From: Phoronis australis
Taxonomy: Eukaryota; Animalia; Phoronida
Length of the DNA stretch: 64,000 nucleotides
Direction: 5' to 3'
NCBI GenBank assembly: GCA_002633005.1
Contig: NMRA01000197.1
Location: 231,351-295,350, forward strand
Made by a program: the position numbers and the translations under genes. Below are positions 11,201-23,262 of the stretch, piece by piece. Position 1 is the stretch's first letter, and each line of letters opens with the position of its first letter. A model generated the notes under the pieces. That model worked only from the letters and a program-made list of their open reading frames with translations. It was not told the origin of the DNA and made no database searches.

Positions 11201-14200
11201 ACCACTACACTTGCTCTAATTTGTTTCTCCATCAGCATGATGTATTCTCAATCGAAGCCAGTACACATCACAAGTAACCTGACAAAATGACCTAGAATTC
11301 CCTGTTATGACAGGAAGTGATGCATCATCATAGTACTGGTCATTTCTAATAACGAGGAGGAGACAAGAAATTGACCACTAAATTTAAAGATTGAAGAAAA
11401 TGCTATGTTCTAGTTTTGATTTTGCCACGATGACAAGTCTTCTTTGTCACTTATGGAAAAAACAATTATGTCCCCTGCTGCATGACTGTATTCTGTGTGT
11501 TACTTTAGGCACGTACTGTTAAAACAATTATCTTCCCTTCTGCATAATTGTATTTAGTCTGCTACTTTAGTCACATGCTGTTGACAAGAACACTACTGCA
11601 GCAGTGTATCAGTCACACCACTGATCTTTGTTAAATATCATTGTGCTTAATAAACGAAAACTTGCTGTCGATGCTTTTAATTCCTGTTTTAGACAATTAT
11701 TGGATAAAAAAATTTCTTCTTGTTGCAGCTTGTTTAAGCACTACTGTTACACACATGGTGGAATGCGCCATACTTCCTACACGTGTATTGCTGGAAGGTA
11801 TGGCCGACATTGTATGTCCATGCAGTTTGCTAACAATTTGATGTTTTGTGATTACTAAGTACTTATTTGTGCGTATGTATTTCATTGAAATGATGAAGAC
11901 ATGCGCTACTGTTATCACTGTCAACACTTTGTTGTCACAATTATGCCTGTTTTTTTCTAAGACAGTATGAAAATAATTAATGATTTACACTGAAATGAAA
12001 CAGAAATTCATCATTAGTGTGCGACACATTTAATGAAAAAGGGAAATATTGTTGGATTATAACAGGTTGAAATCAAATTTAAAATGGAATGCTCTAGAGA
12101 TGTTTTTTGAGAACGCTGAGCAGCTCTAGCCTCAAAGGTCATGTGAAATTAGGTCATTCTAAATACAAAGTTACGCTGCGGGGAAAGGTGCAGTCTCTAA
12201 CTCTTTCAGATTCTGTCAGTTAATGACTGACTTGTCTCATAGGTGGCACTGAACAGTATTTGTCATTCAGTCTGTTTTGTTTGCCATTTTGAAAAATTTA
12301 GACATTACGGCGTTTTCCCGTTGCTCCCAACTTGTTTGATTCTATAGCCCAACAACAAGTTGGGAAGTGTACCCCTGTAGCCAATATCTTACATGACTTA
12401 TTAACTTCATTCTGGCATTTATGGTTGGAGGCCAGCTCTCTTTTGTTCGATAATTGTTCTAATCTCAAAGAATATCGTATCTACCCTGACTGGGCTGTGC
12501 TGTTAAAAATAAAGTTAAGTTATAACATATTTGAACATAAAGCAATAGCATTAATTTTTTAAAATCTTCGTCAAATGGTGATCATGTTTAGTTTTTGAAT
12601 CGCCAAAATCGCCCAACTGCAACCGAAGTTACGACAATCTATTCTTTCCGAATACACCAATTCACTTTGAGTTTGACTGTGTTCACACGTGGTCTGTAAT
12701 AAGCCTGCTAGATAATTGGCCTGCTTGTTGTCGTAACAGACAAAAGAGTGTGCTTGGCAGTTAACAAAGAAGCTAGATGTTATCACTCGCTCAGAACCCC
12801 CTACGTCTGGTAAAGTCACTGAACGGAGAAACGCTGTCATGACCAAATTGAAATGTTTCTCATTAAAATGAACTTTTAGCCTAGTTTCCTGTACACTGTA
12901 ACTTATACGAACGACTTGTGAATATAAAATTTAACCTGGAAGAGACATATTTTTTTTAATTATTTGTTATTTGATAGTCTCTTTTGTTTCCAGTGGCTGT
13001 AACAGCTCTGTTCTGCATTACGGGCATGCAGGGGCTCCGAACTCACGGCGTCTTCAGGATGGTGACATGTGGTATGAGCCATTAAATTTAGAGACTTCTG
13101 CTGCAGTTGTCAATCTTGCTGGACCATTAACCTTCTTATGGATGGGCAAATGTTGTGGTCTTGCTTCTAAGAGCAAAGTTTTACCAGGTTTTGTGAAGTT
13201 AGAAAGCAAGATAAAGTGGCCTTATTCATGAGTAGTTTTTGGAATTGTTACACAAAATTTTGCAACTCATTTTTAGCTGAATGGTTTTGTTGTGTATTGT
13301 CGTAGTTTTAATGTTTGTTTTCAGTTTGTTTGACATGGGTGGCGAATACCACTGCTACGCTTCCGACATCACGTGTTCGTTTCCTTGCAATGGAAAATTC
13401 AATGCTGACCAAAGAATCGTTTATGAGGCTGTGCTCAAGGCAGCAAGGGCTGTAATGGCTGCTATGAAACCAGGTATGGAGCAAGTCGATGAGCAAGAGG
13501 GTTCCTCAGCCTTGTATGGCTAAGATTTGTGCAAAATTTGTCATAGCACTGTGATGTACGGAGCCAAATACCTAAAAAATATAAAGAACATAACTGGGTA
13601 AAAGTAAAGGTTTTAGGAATCAAAATAGAAAGCTTGTAGAATTTGATATTTGACTTTCTACCAGTCTGCCATTGATTGGGTCACACAACCAGGTCTTTTT
13701 AATTAATAAAATGAGCAAAAAAATAGTTAGTTGCTACATTCATAGTAAAATAACTGCATCAGTAACATGATCACATTTTGTTTGATATTGATAATTATTC
13801 AACTTGAAATTAAATGGAGATAATCGTTTGTAGAGCAGTGCATAAACCATAGTGTGTAAAAGCTTCATATGAATCCAATCAACTGTTTCTGAGATATGGT
13901 GTTCCGAAGATAGCCTATCTTGGGCGTTTGTCTAAAGTCCTACATCCCCTTAACTAAGTGTTGATGTTGCTTCTCATTCAGGATGAAATGAGACAAAAGC
14001 ATTGTGATGAGATAAAAGAATTTAGTGCTCACTACAAGTCAAAGTTCCTGACCCCTAGTTATGCTGGTGTATCATTCCTTAGATTTTTATGTGCCCACAT
14101 AATATGCAGCCGTCCCTGTCTGTCTGATGTCCGCTGCTGTATCTCCAAGTGCTCACATAATATGCAGCCGTCCCTGTCTGTCTGATGTCCGCTGCTGTAT

Positions 14201-17200
14201 CTCCAAGTGCTCACATAATATGCAGCCGTCCCTGTCTGTCTGATGTCCGCTGCTGTATCTCCAAGTGCTCACATAATATGCAGCCGTCCCTGTCTGTCTG
14301 ATGTCCGCTGCTGTATCTCCAAGTGCTCACATAATATGCAGCCGTCCCTGTCTGTCTGATGTCCGCTGCTGTATCTCCAAGTGCTCACATAATATGCAGC
14401 CGTCCCTGTCTGTCTGATGTCCGCTGCTGTATCTCCAAGTGCTCACATAATATGCAGCCGTCCCTGTCTGTCTGATGTCCGCTGCTGTATCTCCAAGTGC
14501 TCACATAATATGCAGCCGTCCCTGTCTGTCTGATGTCCGCTGCTGTATCTCCAAGTGCTCACATAATATGCAGCCGTCCCTGTCTGTCTGATGTCCGCTG
14601 CTGTATCTCCAAGTGCTCACATAATATGCAGCCGTCCCTGTCTGTCTGATGTCCGCTGCTGTATCTCCAAGTGCTCACATAATATGCAGCCGTCCCTGTC
14701 TGTCTGATGTCCGCTGCTGTATCTCCAAGTGCTCACATAATATGCAGCCGTCCCTGTCTGTCTGATGTCCGCTGCTGTATCTCCAAGTGCTCACATAATA
14801 TGCAGCCATCCCTGTCTGTCTGATGTCCGCTGCTGTATCTCCAAGTGCTCACGTAATATGCAGTCGTCCCTGTCTGTCTGATGTCCGCTGCTGTATCTCC
14901 AAGTGCTCACATAATATGCAGTCGTCCCTGTCTGTCTGATGTCCGCTGCTGTATATCCAAGACCCTTTGATGTATGCCTAAGAAATTCTGCAGATATGCT
15001 CCTTTCATGAATGGAACGGCATAAGCTAATTTTCAGTTAGATGCAAGTACCGATGTGCCCCCTAGTGACACTTTTATTTTTCTCATTTGCTTCAGTCTGT
15101 ATCTTTGGTGTTTATTAATGCACTCTCATGAAATTTGGCAAATATCTATTAGGAAGATGATGCCACATTCACATTTTTACTGTTTTCAAGTTAGTGTTTT
15201 TGCCATCTGCCCCTCTAAGGATGATTATGAAAATTGACGTATATGTTCCGTTGAGAAAAGGACAGCTGACGATTATTTTTGGACTCTTGTCAAACTGAGA
15301 CGAAAACTGCAGCTGTAGTCATAAATTATTTATTCTTATGGGTTTAGCGTTGCCACAGTATTACCCTCTGGATTAAATTTTACTCCAGTTCCTGTTCTCT
15401 TTTTTGAAGGGGAGTGAATTTAATACTGGAGTAAATTTAGTCGAGTTGTAAATGAATGTTCCCACTGAAGTTAAGATGCTTGTGGTCAATAAAGTATGTT
15501 ATGTTGGGGAGAGTAAAGGTTCAGTGTGAAAGCTACATTAGAGTATGTTATGTTGGGGAGAGTAAAGGTTCAGTGTGAAAGCTACATTAGAGTATGTTAT
15601 GTTGGGGAGAGTAAAGGTACAGTGTGAAAGCTACATTAGAGTAGCCAGATAAACATATCGTATTGCCACATTTGGAGATAATCAGCTGTGCAACCAGACA
15701 CGGTGATTCTTACATGATCTTTCAGTAGCAACTATCTCTTTGGCAAGAGGGGGTGTGTTGGGGGGGTTGCAGATTTTTAGAGATTCTGGACGACGATCAT
15801 TCTGAAAGGAATTTTTAGTCCATCTTGTATTTTCAAATTTTATTAATTGCAGGTGTCAACTGGGTGGACATGCATCAGTTGGCTAACAGAATTCACCTGG
15901 AAGAGTTGACGCGTGCCGGTCTTCTGCAGGGTGGTGTGGAAGAAATGATGGCTGTCAACTTAGGGGCTGTGTTCATGCCGCATGGGTTAGGACACTTCAT
16001 GGGTTGTGATGTTCATGATGTTGGTGGTTATCCTGAGGTATGTCACGTGACGTGCATGTGATCTGGGGTTATCCTGAGGTATGTCTTGTGATATGCATGT
16101 TATCTAGTTATAGACAGTAGGTTAAGTGCAACTCCCTCACACATTTCTTGAACTGTGATGGGCTTTGTGTTGGAGGTTATGTGGATACTTCAGGAACAGG
16201 GCCATCTCAGATTACACGACACTAAATCTCGCTGTATTTACCCAGGATGCCACAATATCCATTAGGCACTTTTATAGCCTCGTTTTCACACTGTTTGAGT
16301 TCCACATATTTTTTGTTGTATTTTTTACAAGTTTTTCTGGGCTGCATTACTTTATTCGTCCTGTCAATGCCAACAAAGTATTACTGCCTTGCTGTGAGCT
16401 GCAACTCTGATGGGAGAAATTTGGATAAACATGACAAATATCCGTGGATGTGTGTGATCATGGTTAAGTTCTTCACCTTCGCACCATCAAAGATGAGACA
16501 ACGCAGAGTGAATGGATAATGCAAGTTTATTGGGTTTATTTTGAACCAAACAGGATCTCCTTTCTTCAACATACCTTTCATGACTTCTAAAAGACTGAAG
16601 TCAGAAATTTGGTCTTACGCTCCACAAATCATATGATGATAATTAAAATCTCACTTTGGCGAAAAAGTCATTGTGAGAATATACCCATATCTTCTAGTTA
16701 TCAATATAATTTGTATAAAGTATTTCTAAATTGTGACGTACTCAATAATTACATGGCTAAAACTTTATTCAGTAATTGGAAGACCAAAGTGTTATCTTAG
16801 CCTTAAATCACTGTCATGAGCCAGTTCCTAAGACCATGTTTACCTTTTGCTTTGCTAAAATTCTGCGTGTGCGATCAACAACATCTCTCTCACTGTTGCT
16901 TTATTTTGTGTGTTCTTAATATTTCTATGGCACCAATTTCAGTTTGCATACAGTTGCAGCCATTATTACGGCTTTGAATCAAACTTAGTTTACAGACAGC
17001 TCTTAAAGCCAGAGTGTAAACCACTTTCTCATGTTAAAAACAGCCACCTTTTAGATTTTGCTTTTCCAAAGCTATGTCATCATGTTGTTATCCTTTGTTT
17101 GAATTTAGACTGTAAAATCAGATGGAGTTTTAGTGATGGCCGTACTGCCTTGGTGACTGAAATTAACTGAGCGTGTCAAATGATGATTGGCCAGGTCTGA

Positions 17201-20200
17201 TGCAATATTGAACAGCTTGTCACTTCTTAAACGTGGAAATTATTTCTAATTGAGGGAAAACATGATCAGGCTGGTTGTGAGTGAGGTAAATCAAAAGTTA
17301 GTGTTTGAACGAAGACACGGGTTCATTTCCCCTTCAATTTGTAATGGCAGGTTACGACTACATGCGGATTATCACTTTGTCAAATACTTCATAGGCTGTT
17401 ATTGTCTGTGTATCAATTACTGCAGACTGCATCACCAATAGTCTGTGTTTGTTAGGGAACAGAACGTCCCAAACCTGCTGGACTGCGAAGTCTACGAACA
17501 GTGAGAAATCTGCAAGAACGAATGGTGTTGACTGTGGAGCCTGGCATCTACTTCATTGACTACGTGAGTTCAGCACTATCAGTTCTTGTTTATAACGTGA
17601 ATAGAAATAAAGTGACAAAACTTTTCCTCAGAACTTTCATATTTTGATATATATAATGCATATTTTTATTATATACACTGTCAGCCTTTTGCATCATCAG
17701 TGACTATACAACCAATAAATAGTTCCATGGCATTACTTCAAATGCTGTCAGAGAAGCCTATAAAAATGAATGAGTGACCTTAGCTAGTTTTGGAGGAAAT
17801 CTGTGCTAACTAGGTAAAATGTCACTTTTGGACACAGGATGGACGAAAAGTTTATGATTTTTATTTTTTTTCATAAAAAATAAGTAGTTTTGTAAAGTTG
17901 CTGTCTTTGGCACAATTTGTCAAATTTGTCATAATTACTGACTTTCATTCATTGTTACAAGTTGCTTCTGTTGGTTTTACGCCAGTCAGTAATGTCGTCC
18001 AATCACTGGCATGTAGCATTTTGTAACAAATGGTGGAAGCTAATTATTGATGGAAATTTGTTAGACTGGCTTATAAATGAAATATTCATTACTTGTTATC
18101 AACAATTTTATTATTTGATTTCTTATAAAAATGATAAAAACACAATTTGGAGATGCTTACCTCTGTTCAGTCATGGTATTATGCGTAATTAGTAACGCTA
18201 CGGTATTACCGGTCGTCTTAAAGAATCAAAACGGAGAGTACCGATCCCAAAACATGAACCTAAGTCGAGAAGTGTTTACATGGTGCTGCATAGGTGATCA
18301 CATGACAAATCTTTTAACCTTGTAAATTGTTCGTACTGTGGCAATGCCAAGTTTTTCATTTTTATGCACCCACATATTTATATGTGGACGCATTATGCCG
18401 TCATCTCCGTCCATCCGTCCGTCCGTACGGGCGGCGTCCGTCCGGCGTCTGGCGTCCGCTGCTCTATCTCCAAAACCCTTTGACATATGTTCATGAAATT
18501 TGGCACATATGTTCCATTCATGAATGGGACGGCATGTGCGAACTTTCGGACGGATCCGACTACCGGTGTGCCCCCTAGTGGCAATTTTAGTTTTTTACGC
18601 TTACCTTTGTATCTTCAAAAGTCCTGAACGGATTTTCATGAAATTTGGTATGTAGGCACCTAGTAGTGAGATGACGCTATCCTGCCGTTTTCNNNNNNNN
18701 NNNNNNNNNNNNNNNNNNNNNNNNNNNNNNNNNNNNNNNNNNNNNNNNNNNNNNNNNNNNNNNNNNNNNNNNNNNNNNNNNNNNNNNNNNNNNNNNNNNN
18801 NNNNNNNNNNNNNNNNNNNNNNNNNNNNNNNNNNNNNNNNNNNNNNNNNNNNNNNNNNNNNNNNNNNNNNNNNNNNNNNNNNNNNNNNNNNNNNNNNNNN
18901 NNNNNNNNNNNNNNNNNNNNNNNNNNNNNNNNNNNNNNNNNNNNNNNNNNNNNNNNNNNNNNNNNNNNNNNNNNNNNNNNNNNNNNNNNNNNNNNNNNNN
19001 NNNNNNNNNNNNNNNNNNNNNNNNNNNNNNNNNNNNNNNNNNNNNNNNNNNNNNNNNNNNNNNNNNNNNNNNNNNNNNNNNNNNNNNNNNNNNNNNNNNN
19101 NNNNNNNNNNNNNNNNNNNNNNNNNNNNNNNNNNNNNNNNNNNNNNNNNNNNNNNNNNNNNNNNNNNNNNNNNNNNNNNNNNNNNNNNNNNNNNNNNNNN
19201 NNNNNNNNNNNNNNNNNNNNTTACTATGAAGAGGACGGTTGACGCTGAATTTCCCATGACTTTGATTACTGTGGCGCCTCCTAGTGGCAGTTTTTTTTTG
19301 CGCCCATGGCTGTATCTCCCAAACCGTTTGCAGGATCTTTACTAAATTTAGCAAGTGTATTTATGTGATGTTGACAACGGACGATGACGACTTTAGGATG
19401 ATTCTGACTACCGGTATGCCTCTAGTGGCAATTTTAGCATTTTACATTGACCTCTGTATTTTCATAGGTCTTCAAAAGATTTTAGTAAAATTCGGAATTA
19501 AGGTATCTGTTGGTGAGATGATGCTATCCGTCCATTTTCAGGTAGAATCGAGGTATGTATGCTCAGACATGTCTGTTTCTATTATTTTTCAAGTGTTTTG
19601 TATCATGCTCTTGTGATTTTGAATCGTGGAATTACCAGATAGCTTGAAAGGTGCACTTGTATTCAAGCTAATTTGTTCTCACAGCTAAGCAGTGAATTTC
19701 CCTTTCAGCTTATACTGTTAATCAAGGGTTCAGCAATACGAGTTTACACCAAATGTTTTTTGTCATTTTGTTTTTTTCATGTCTACCTGTCCTTTTCTAG
19801 TACTTAGTAAGTACTTAAGGTAGTAGGTATATTCTATGCTAATTTTAACACATTGCTTTCCATATATGTCTGTCTACTACCGCATTATTTACTGGTGTAT
19901 ACTTTGTGTTACTTCGGGACTATGAAGGAAAAGTTCCAAGTAGAAATTTGTTTCTGGCATTCTAATGCTGTGCTAATCTCGTGTGTTGGTAAATTTGTTT
20001 TTAATTCTATGTTTCTGTGGTGCTTTAAGCAACTGATGTAGGATGTGCTTGTATTATGAAGATCACTCACATTTTGGCTCTAGCCTTTTGAGGAGACAAT
20101 GACCATGCCTTTTCATTTTGCAAATTACAACATACTACATATATGACCTCTACTGGCCACTTTATGGTACCAATAAACAACCCTAGAAGGATACCGTATA

Positions 20201-21376
20201 CTGTGCAATTGTGGGCGCATTTCAACGCTCTGCGTTGCTCTTGTTCCAGTTGCTCGATAATGCTCTACAAAACCCTGAACAGGCTCGATTTATAGTGCAA
20301 GAAAGACTTCAGCAGTTCCGAGGATTTGGTGGGGTATGATTCATCTCTAATTTGTTTCGTTGTTTGTTGTACACTCTTGACCAATGGACTTAATCTTAGT
20401 CCATGGCTTGTTGACCCAGTCTGGGAATGTCGGATACAACTTCATCTTTACCAAGTTTTAATCTTATTAAACAAATAAATCTCTGGTACATTAAGAAAGT
20501 ATTGCTAAGTGACCTTCATTTCCAAAGATCGAGTTTCTTAAATTATTTTTAAAGGCCCATTAACTGAATTTTTTAAAATCCTTTGTCATTACAAAATCTT
20601 GTTACTCCCAAAAAAATAGTGCCCAAAAATAGTGCCCACAAAAATAGTGCCCAGATGTTCGTAATCACGTGATTGTTTTTTTTTTTTTGGTACATCTCGA
20701 TTTTTCATGGCAACAAAGATTTACTTTTTCACAAGGACCTTGCAAATTTTGTTGTTGTTTTTTACTTTTATTGCTACAAAGTCATGTTGGAGATTTTCTT
20801 AAGGACATTTTAGCCTGAAAATGCAGCTGTTAAATGTGGAGATGTCAACATTTTGTGAAAGAGAAACAGACAAAGTTTTTACTTTTGAGAGCTGATTTTT
20901 TTGCAAATGTCTGAAAGTCAACAGCGATAATTGACGATTTGGAATAAAATGAAAAAGACATCCGATTTTATTGTTTTACATCTCCGGTCAAAGCTAATAA
21001 CTTCAAGAAGTCTATCAACCCTGACAATAATCCCCCAAAATACGTATTTGGTCGTTAATTCCAAAATTATCCCTTTAATCGTCAGATTGCAAAATCCTAA
21101 GTTTGACACGTCAGTATCACGCTTCATACGCTATGCTTTGTTCTTTCTTATCACACTCACACCAAGTCGTATCTTACAGTAGGAATGAAACTGAAGTTGT
21201 ATGTGTTACTGTAATAATCAATTTAGGCCATCTGCCTTCGGCAGGTTCGGATCGAAGAAAATGTTGCAGTGACAACAGATGGCTGTGAAGTGTTGACCTG
21301 TGTCCCCAGGTCCGTAGAGGAGGTCGAGGCTGTAATGGCAGAAGAACCAGGTCAGCCACCAAAGAAACTTAACTGA
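2103..21376 (+). CDS. PEPD: Xaa-Pro dipeptidase (prolidase), 5'-partial multi-exon gene. Exons 2103-2230, 2967-3030, 6018-6065, 7034-7095, 7695-7739, 8777-8899, 11729-11797, 12994-13071, 13325-13473, 15853-16037, 17456-17563, 20250-20333, 21245-21376
   Basis: All junctions are GT-AG with matching phases. The joined protein carries the M24B metal/catalytic motifs [38 protein letters not shown] and VRIEE, and ends at TGA 21374-21376. Confidence 0.96.
2967..3030 (+). CDS. PEPD: PEPD exon (64 bp); donor tandemly multiplied
   Basis: ttgtag|G ATT...GAG|gtaggt; [21 protein letters not shown]; phase fits both neighbours. Confidence 0.88.
3003..3365 (+). repeat. 33-bp tandem repeat, about 11 copies, spanning a PEPD exon end and its splice donor
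   Basis: Unit TATCAGTGAATGTTACCACACTGAYGAGGTAGR; GT at 3031+33n up to 3361. Confidence 0.97.
4371..4553 (+). repeat. 59-bp tandem repeat, 3 copies
   Basis: TTCAATAATGCAGTTGTAATTCAGTGCACTTGTACCCCTGGAGGCCACCACTGTGAATA repeated. Confidence 0.95.
4880..5500 (-). pseudogene. Decayed, apparently intronless ubiquitin-specific protease (peptidase C19) fragment, antisense within a PEPD intron
   Basis: His-box relic [23 protein letters not shown]...W.HYHKDS...EEVQKSQAY; AY-MLFY is restored by removing one inserted G; TEEPFL and CQTC motifs lie upstream in another frame. Confidence 0.8.
5627..6002 (+). repeat. 62-bp tandem repeat, 6 copies, directly upstream of a PEPD acceptor
   Basis: Unit starts at 5627, 5689, 5751, 5813, 5875 and 5937. 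Confidence 0.95.
6018..6065 (+). CDS. PEPD: PEPD exon (48 bp)
   Basis: ttttag|ATC...TTG|gtaagt; [16 protein letters not shown]. Confidence 0.92.
6598..6800. mobile_element. Palindromic MITE-like hairpin (about 200 bp)
   Basis: TTATTAAAATTTCTTGGTCTATTTACACCGACCTCTTGTCTATTTA is mirrored by TAAATAGACAAGAGGTCGGTGTAAATAGATCAAGAGATTTTAATAA. Confidence 0.7.
7034..7095 (+). CDS. PEPD: PEPD exon (62 bp)
   Basis: ggcag|TAT...GA|gtgagt; [20 protein letters not shown]. Confidence 0.93.
7280..7563 (+). repeat. 30-bp minisatellite, about 6 good copies plus degenerate ones
   Basis: TGATTGGCTGCATAGTTTGACTAGATAAAA units. Confidence 0.9.
7695..7739 (+). CDS. PEPD: PEPD exon (45 bp)
   Basis: tttcag|A TTT...TG|gtaatt; [15 protein letters not shown]. 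Confidence 0.92.
8210..8345 (+). repeat. Tandem repeat of about 42 bp, 3 copies
   Basis: AAATGACTGGTTATAACTGTAAGGTGGAGAATT units. Confidence 0.9.
8777..8899 (+). CDS. PEPD: PEPD exon (123 bp)
   Basis: tttcag|T CGT...AG|gtgagt; [40 protein letters not shown]. Confidence 0.94.
8827..9135 (+). repeat. 75-bp tandem repeat, 4 copies, spanning a PEPD exon end and its splice donor
   Basis: Unit starts at 8827, 8902, 8977 and 9052; GTGAGT at 8900, 8975, 9050 and 9128. Confidence 0.97.
9526..11190. mobile_element. Non-autonomous TTAA-TSD DNA transposon (Kolobok-like), 1.67 kb
   Basis: TTAA|AGGAGAATGCCACCC ... GGGTGGCATGCTCCT|TTAA; AG termini rather than piggyBac CC(C); no transposase ORF in the track. 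Confidence 0.75.
11729..11797 (+). CDS. PEPD: PEPD exon (69 bp)
   Basis: ttgcag|C TTG...AG|gtatgg; [22 protein letters not shown]. Confidence 0.94.
12994..13071 (+). CDS. PEPD: PEPD exon (78 bp)
   Basis: ttccag|T GGC...TG|gtatga; [25 protein letters not shown]. Confidence 0.95.
13325..13473 (+). CDS. PEPD: PEPD exon (149 bp)
   Basis: tttcag|T TTG...G|gtatgg; [25 protein letters not shown]...AMKP, containing both metal-binding Asp residues. Confidence 0.96.
14086..15200 (+). mobile_element. Helentron-associated interspersed element (HINE-like) copy containing an amplified 58-bp array; 3' limit approximate
   Basis: 5' TTTTTATGTGCCCACATA, GTCY microsatellite, then a core (CCCTTTGA...TTCATGAATGG...GTGCCCCCTAGTG) shared with the 18360 and 30958 copies. 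Confidence 0.7.
14091..14960 (+). repeat. 58-bp minisatellite, about 15 near-identical copies
   Basis: GCTCACATAATATGCAGCCGTCCCTGTCTGTCTGATGTCCGCTGCTGTATCTCCAAGT units. Confidence 0.97.
15493..15644 (+). repeat. Tandem repeat of about 49 bp, 3 copies
   Basis: AGTATGTTATGTTGGGGAGAGTAAAGGTTCAGTGTGAAAGCTACATTAG units. Confidence 0.92.
15853..16037 (+). CDS. PEPD: PEPD exon (185 bp)
   Basis: ttgcag|GT GTC...GAG|gtatgt; VNWVDMH...[22 protein letters not shown]. Confidence 0.96.
17456..17563 (+). CDS. PEPD: PEPD exon (108 bp)
   Basis: tgttag|GGA...TAC|gtgagt; [36 protein letters not shown]. Confidence 0.95.
18360..20245 (+). mobile_element. HINE-like (Helentron-associated) element; contains the N-gap 18693-19220
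   Basis: 5' T-run + subTIR ATGCACCCAC + short inverted repeat + (CCGT)n; internal CCCTAGTGGC core repeats; 3' subTIR GTGGGCGCAT + hairpin CAACGC-TCT-GCGTTG + CTCTTGTT. Confidence 0.78.
20250..20333 (+). CDS. PEPD: PEPD exon (84 bp)
   Basis: ttccag|TTG...GGG|gtatga; [28 protein letters not shown]. Confidence 0.94.
21245..21376 (+). CDS. PEPD: PEPD last coding exon
   Basis: ggcag|GTT CGG ATC GAA GAA; [43 protein letters not shown]. Confidence 0.94.
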   Translation, partial: VRIEENVAVTTDGCEVLTCVPRSVEEVEAVMAEEPGQPPKKLN

Positions 21377-23262
21377 CTTATGGCTGGGGGTCAGACTCCT
21401 GGCAGGAAATGCAGAGTAAAGTGAGCGCTTCAAGTATTTAGCCTCGTATTTAGAATACGTAAATCTGCTAAAATGGAAATCATGCAAACTAATATGCTTG
21501 ACTGAATCTTACTTAACTTACAAGCTTATGTTGACACTGGTGTCAAATACATGACTTTTATTGTATGCCATATATTGCTTTTGTCAATGCCTCTTGTTTT
21601 TCATCTGTAAAGACAAAATTGTGGACTCCTGTACATTGTCTTGCAACATTCTTGACTGGTTCGAATAGCAATGTAAAGACAAGATTCATTTCAAAATATG
21701 ACATACATATCACAGTAACATTTGACTAAGGCACAAACTTGGTTATTCGGAAGTTTGGAATTTTTTAGTAGAGCATGAACAGCTAATCATTGCTTACATT
21801 TGTGACAATTCTGCATTTTAAAGTTATTTAAGACTCTATAAAAATAACCAAATTTGGCTTAGTTTGGAACATCTTATCGCAGATTCTGACCCATAGGATT
21901 CCTACGAAACTTCCTGATACTATGCTTTATTCACTGTTCTTAAGAACACTTAAGACAATGTTTTCGAAAATTTCCATTTTTGTACGAGGGGGTGAAGTTG
22001 CATAAAACAAAAACAGAATATTTTGAAAAACTGTAATGTAGTTTTTGATTGATAATTTATATCAAATAAAATTTGACCATGTTATTGATACCTTGTTAAA
22101 AATCAAATTCTACTGTATTTGTACTTTCAGGAAATAAATGCTTTAAATTTACTTATAGTTAAAATTTACAGTTTTTAGAAATGCACAGACTTGGAGTGCA
22201 GCAGGTGGCGCTCTTTGAGCATGCACCCAGTACCATAAAATCCATCTTTTTACCGATTGTGAACGGTAAGCATCCAAAATTTTAAGCAACAGATTGTTTT
22301 TGGTTCAAGTGAACCGTCCGGCACGTGAAGTAGTTGCAGAATACCAGTTTTCCCTCATCTGGTATTCATTTCAAGATTAGAGTACTAGTTACTCAAAGTA
22401 AATCCACCACTGACAGTGCCATCATAAATAGGTCAGCCTTCCTATTCTTACACAATTCTATCTAGATCTGGTTAAAGACCTTTGTCATGTCGCCTAATCT
22501 GTATGACTTTTGTGAAAAGGGAATTTTGAACAGTTGTAAACATGGCTGAAAAAAGAGGTTGAAAGCTATGGAAGACAAGATCATACAGTTTGTTCAGGAA
22601 AGTTAGCAGAGAGGAACACTTACTATAAGAAAAGAAAAGGAAGTACTCATTTTAGTCTGGCACGAGTTCTAATTAATATGCAGAACCAACCTCCACTACC
22701 AGCATAACCCCAGAGAATGTTTTTCAGTCATAATTAATTTTTTAAATTGCCACAATTCTGGTGCTAACAGTGATGCAAGTATTTTAGAGCATTTGCCATT
22801 TCTCAAAATTTTGACCTATATTATATCAAAAAAATGCATCTGTCCATTTTAAACAGGAGTATCCTACTGTTCCCTACACACACGCACGGACGCACCCACA
22901 CATTACTCGACATGCTGTATTGTCCATTCCATTTCTCCTTTTCCTAATTTCGCTTTTATTGTTTTTTAAATTATTTTGATTTTGTGTTCGTAACAACTTT
23001 AAAGAAGATTGCTATTTAACAGATCCTGGTCTTGGAACTGGTGCGAATGACCAGGTTAGTACACAGTCAAGTACAATGTCTAACTTAATGACTTCACATT
23101 TTGTCAAAATAAATTAAGTTTTGAAGTGTCGGGAGTCAACTTTCAATATTCAAGTATGTTTGAGATGGTTCGCATAAACAGTTATAGCACGAACAGTTTC
23201 AAGTGATCTTTTGTCTACTTTCTAAGTGCTCATGGTAGAAAACCTTTCCCACTGGTTAGAAA

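Noticed and set aside
14091-14960. CRISPR-like appearance of regular arrays (also at 3003, 5627 and 28668)
   Set aside because: Head-to-tail repeats with no unique spacers, no cas genes, and a eukaryotic intronic context.
18601-19354. Long ORFs crossing N-runs (also 30564-30764 and 59427-60062)
   Set aside because: Artefacts of translating assembly gaps that lie inside repeats.
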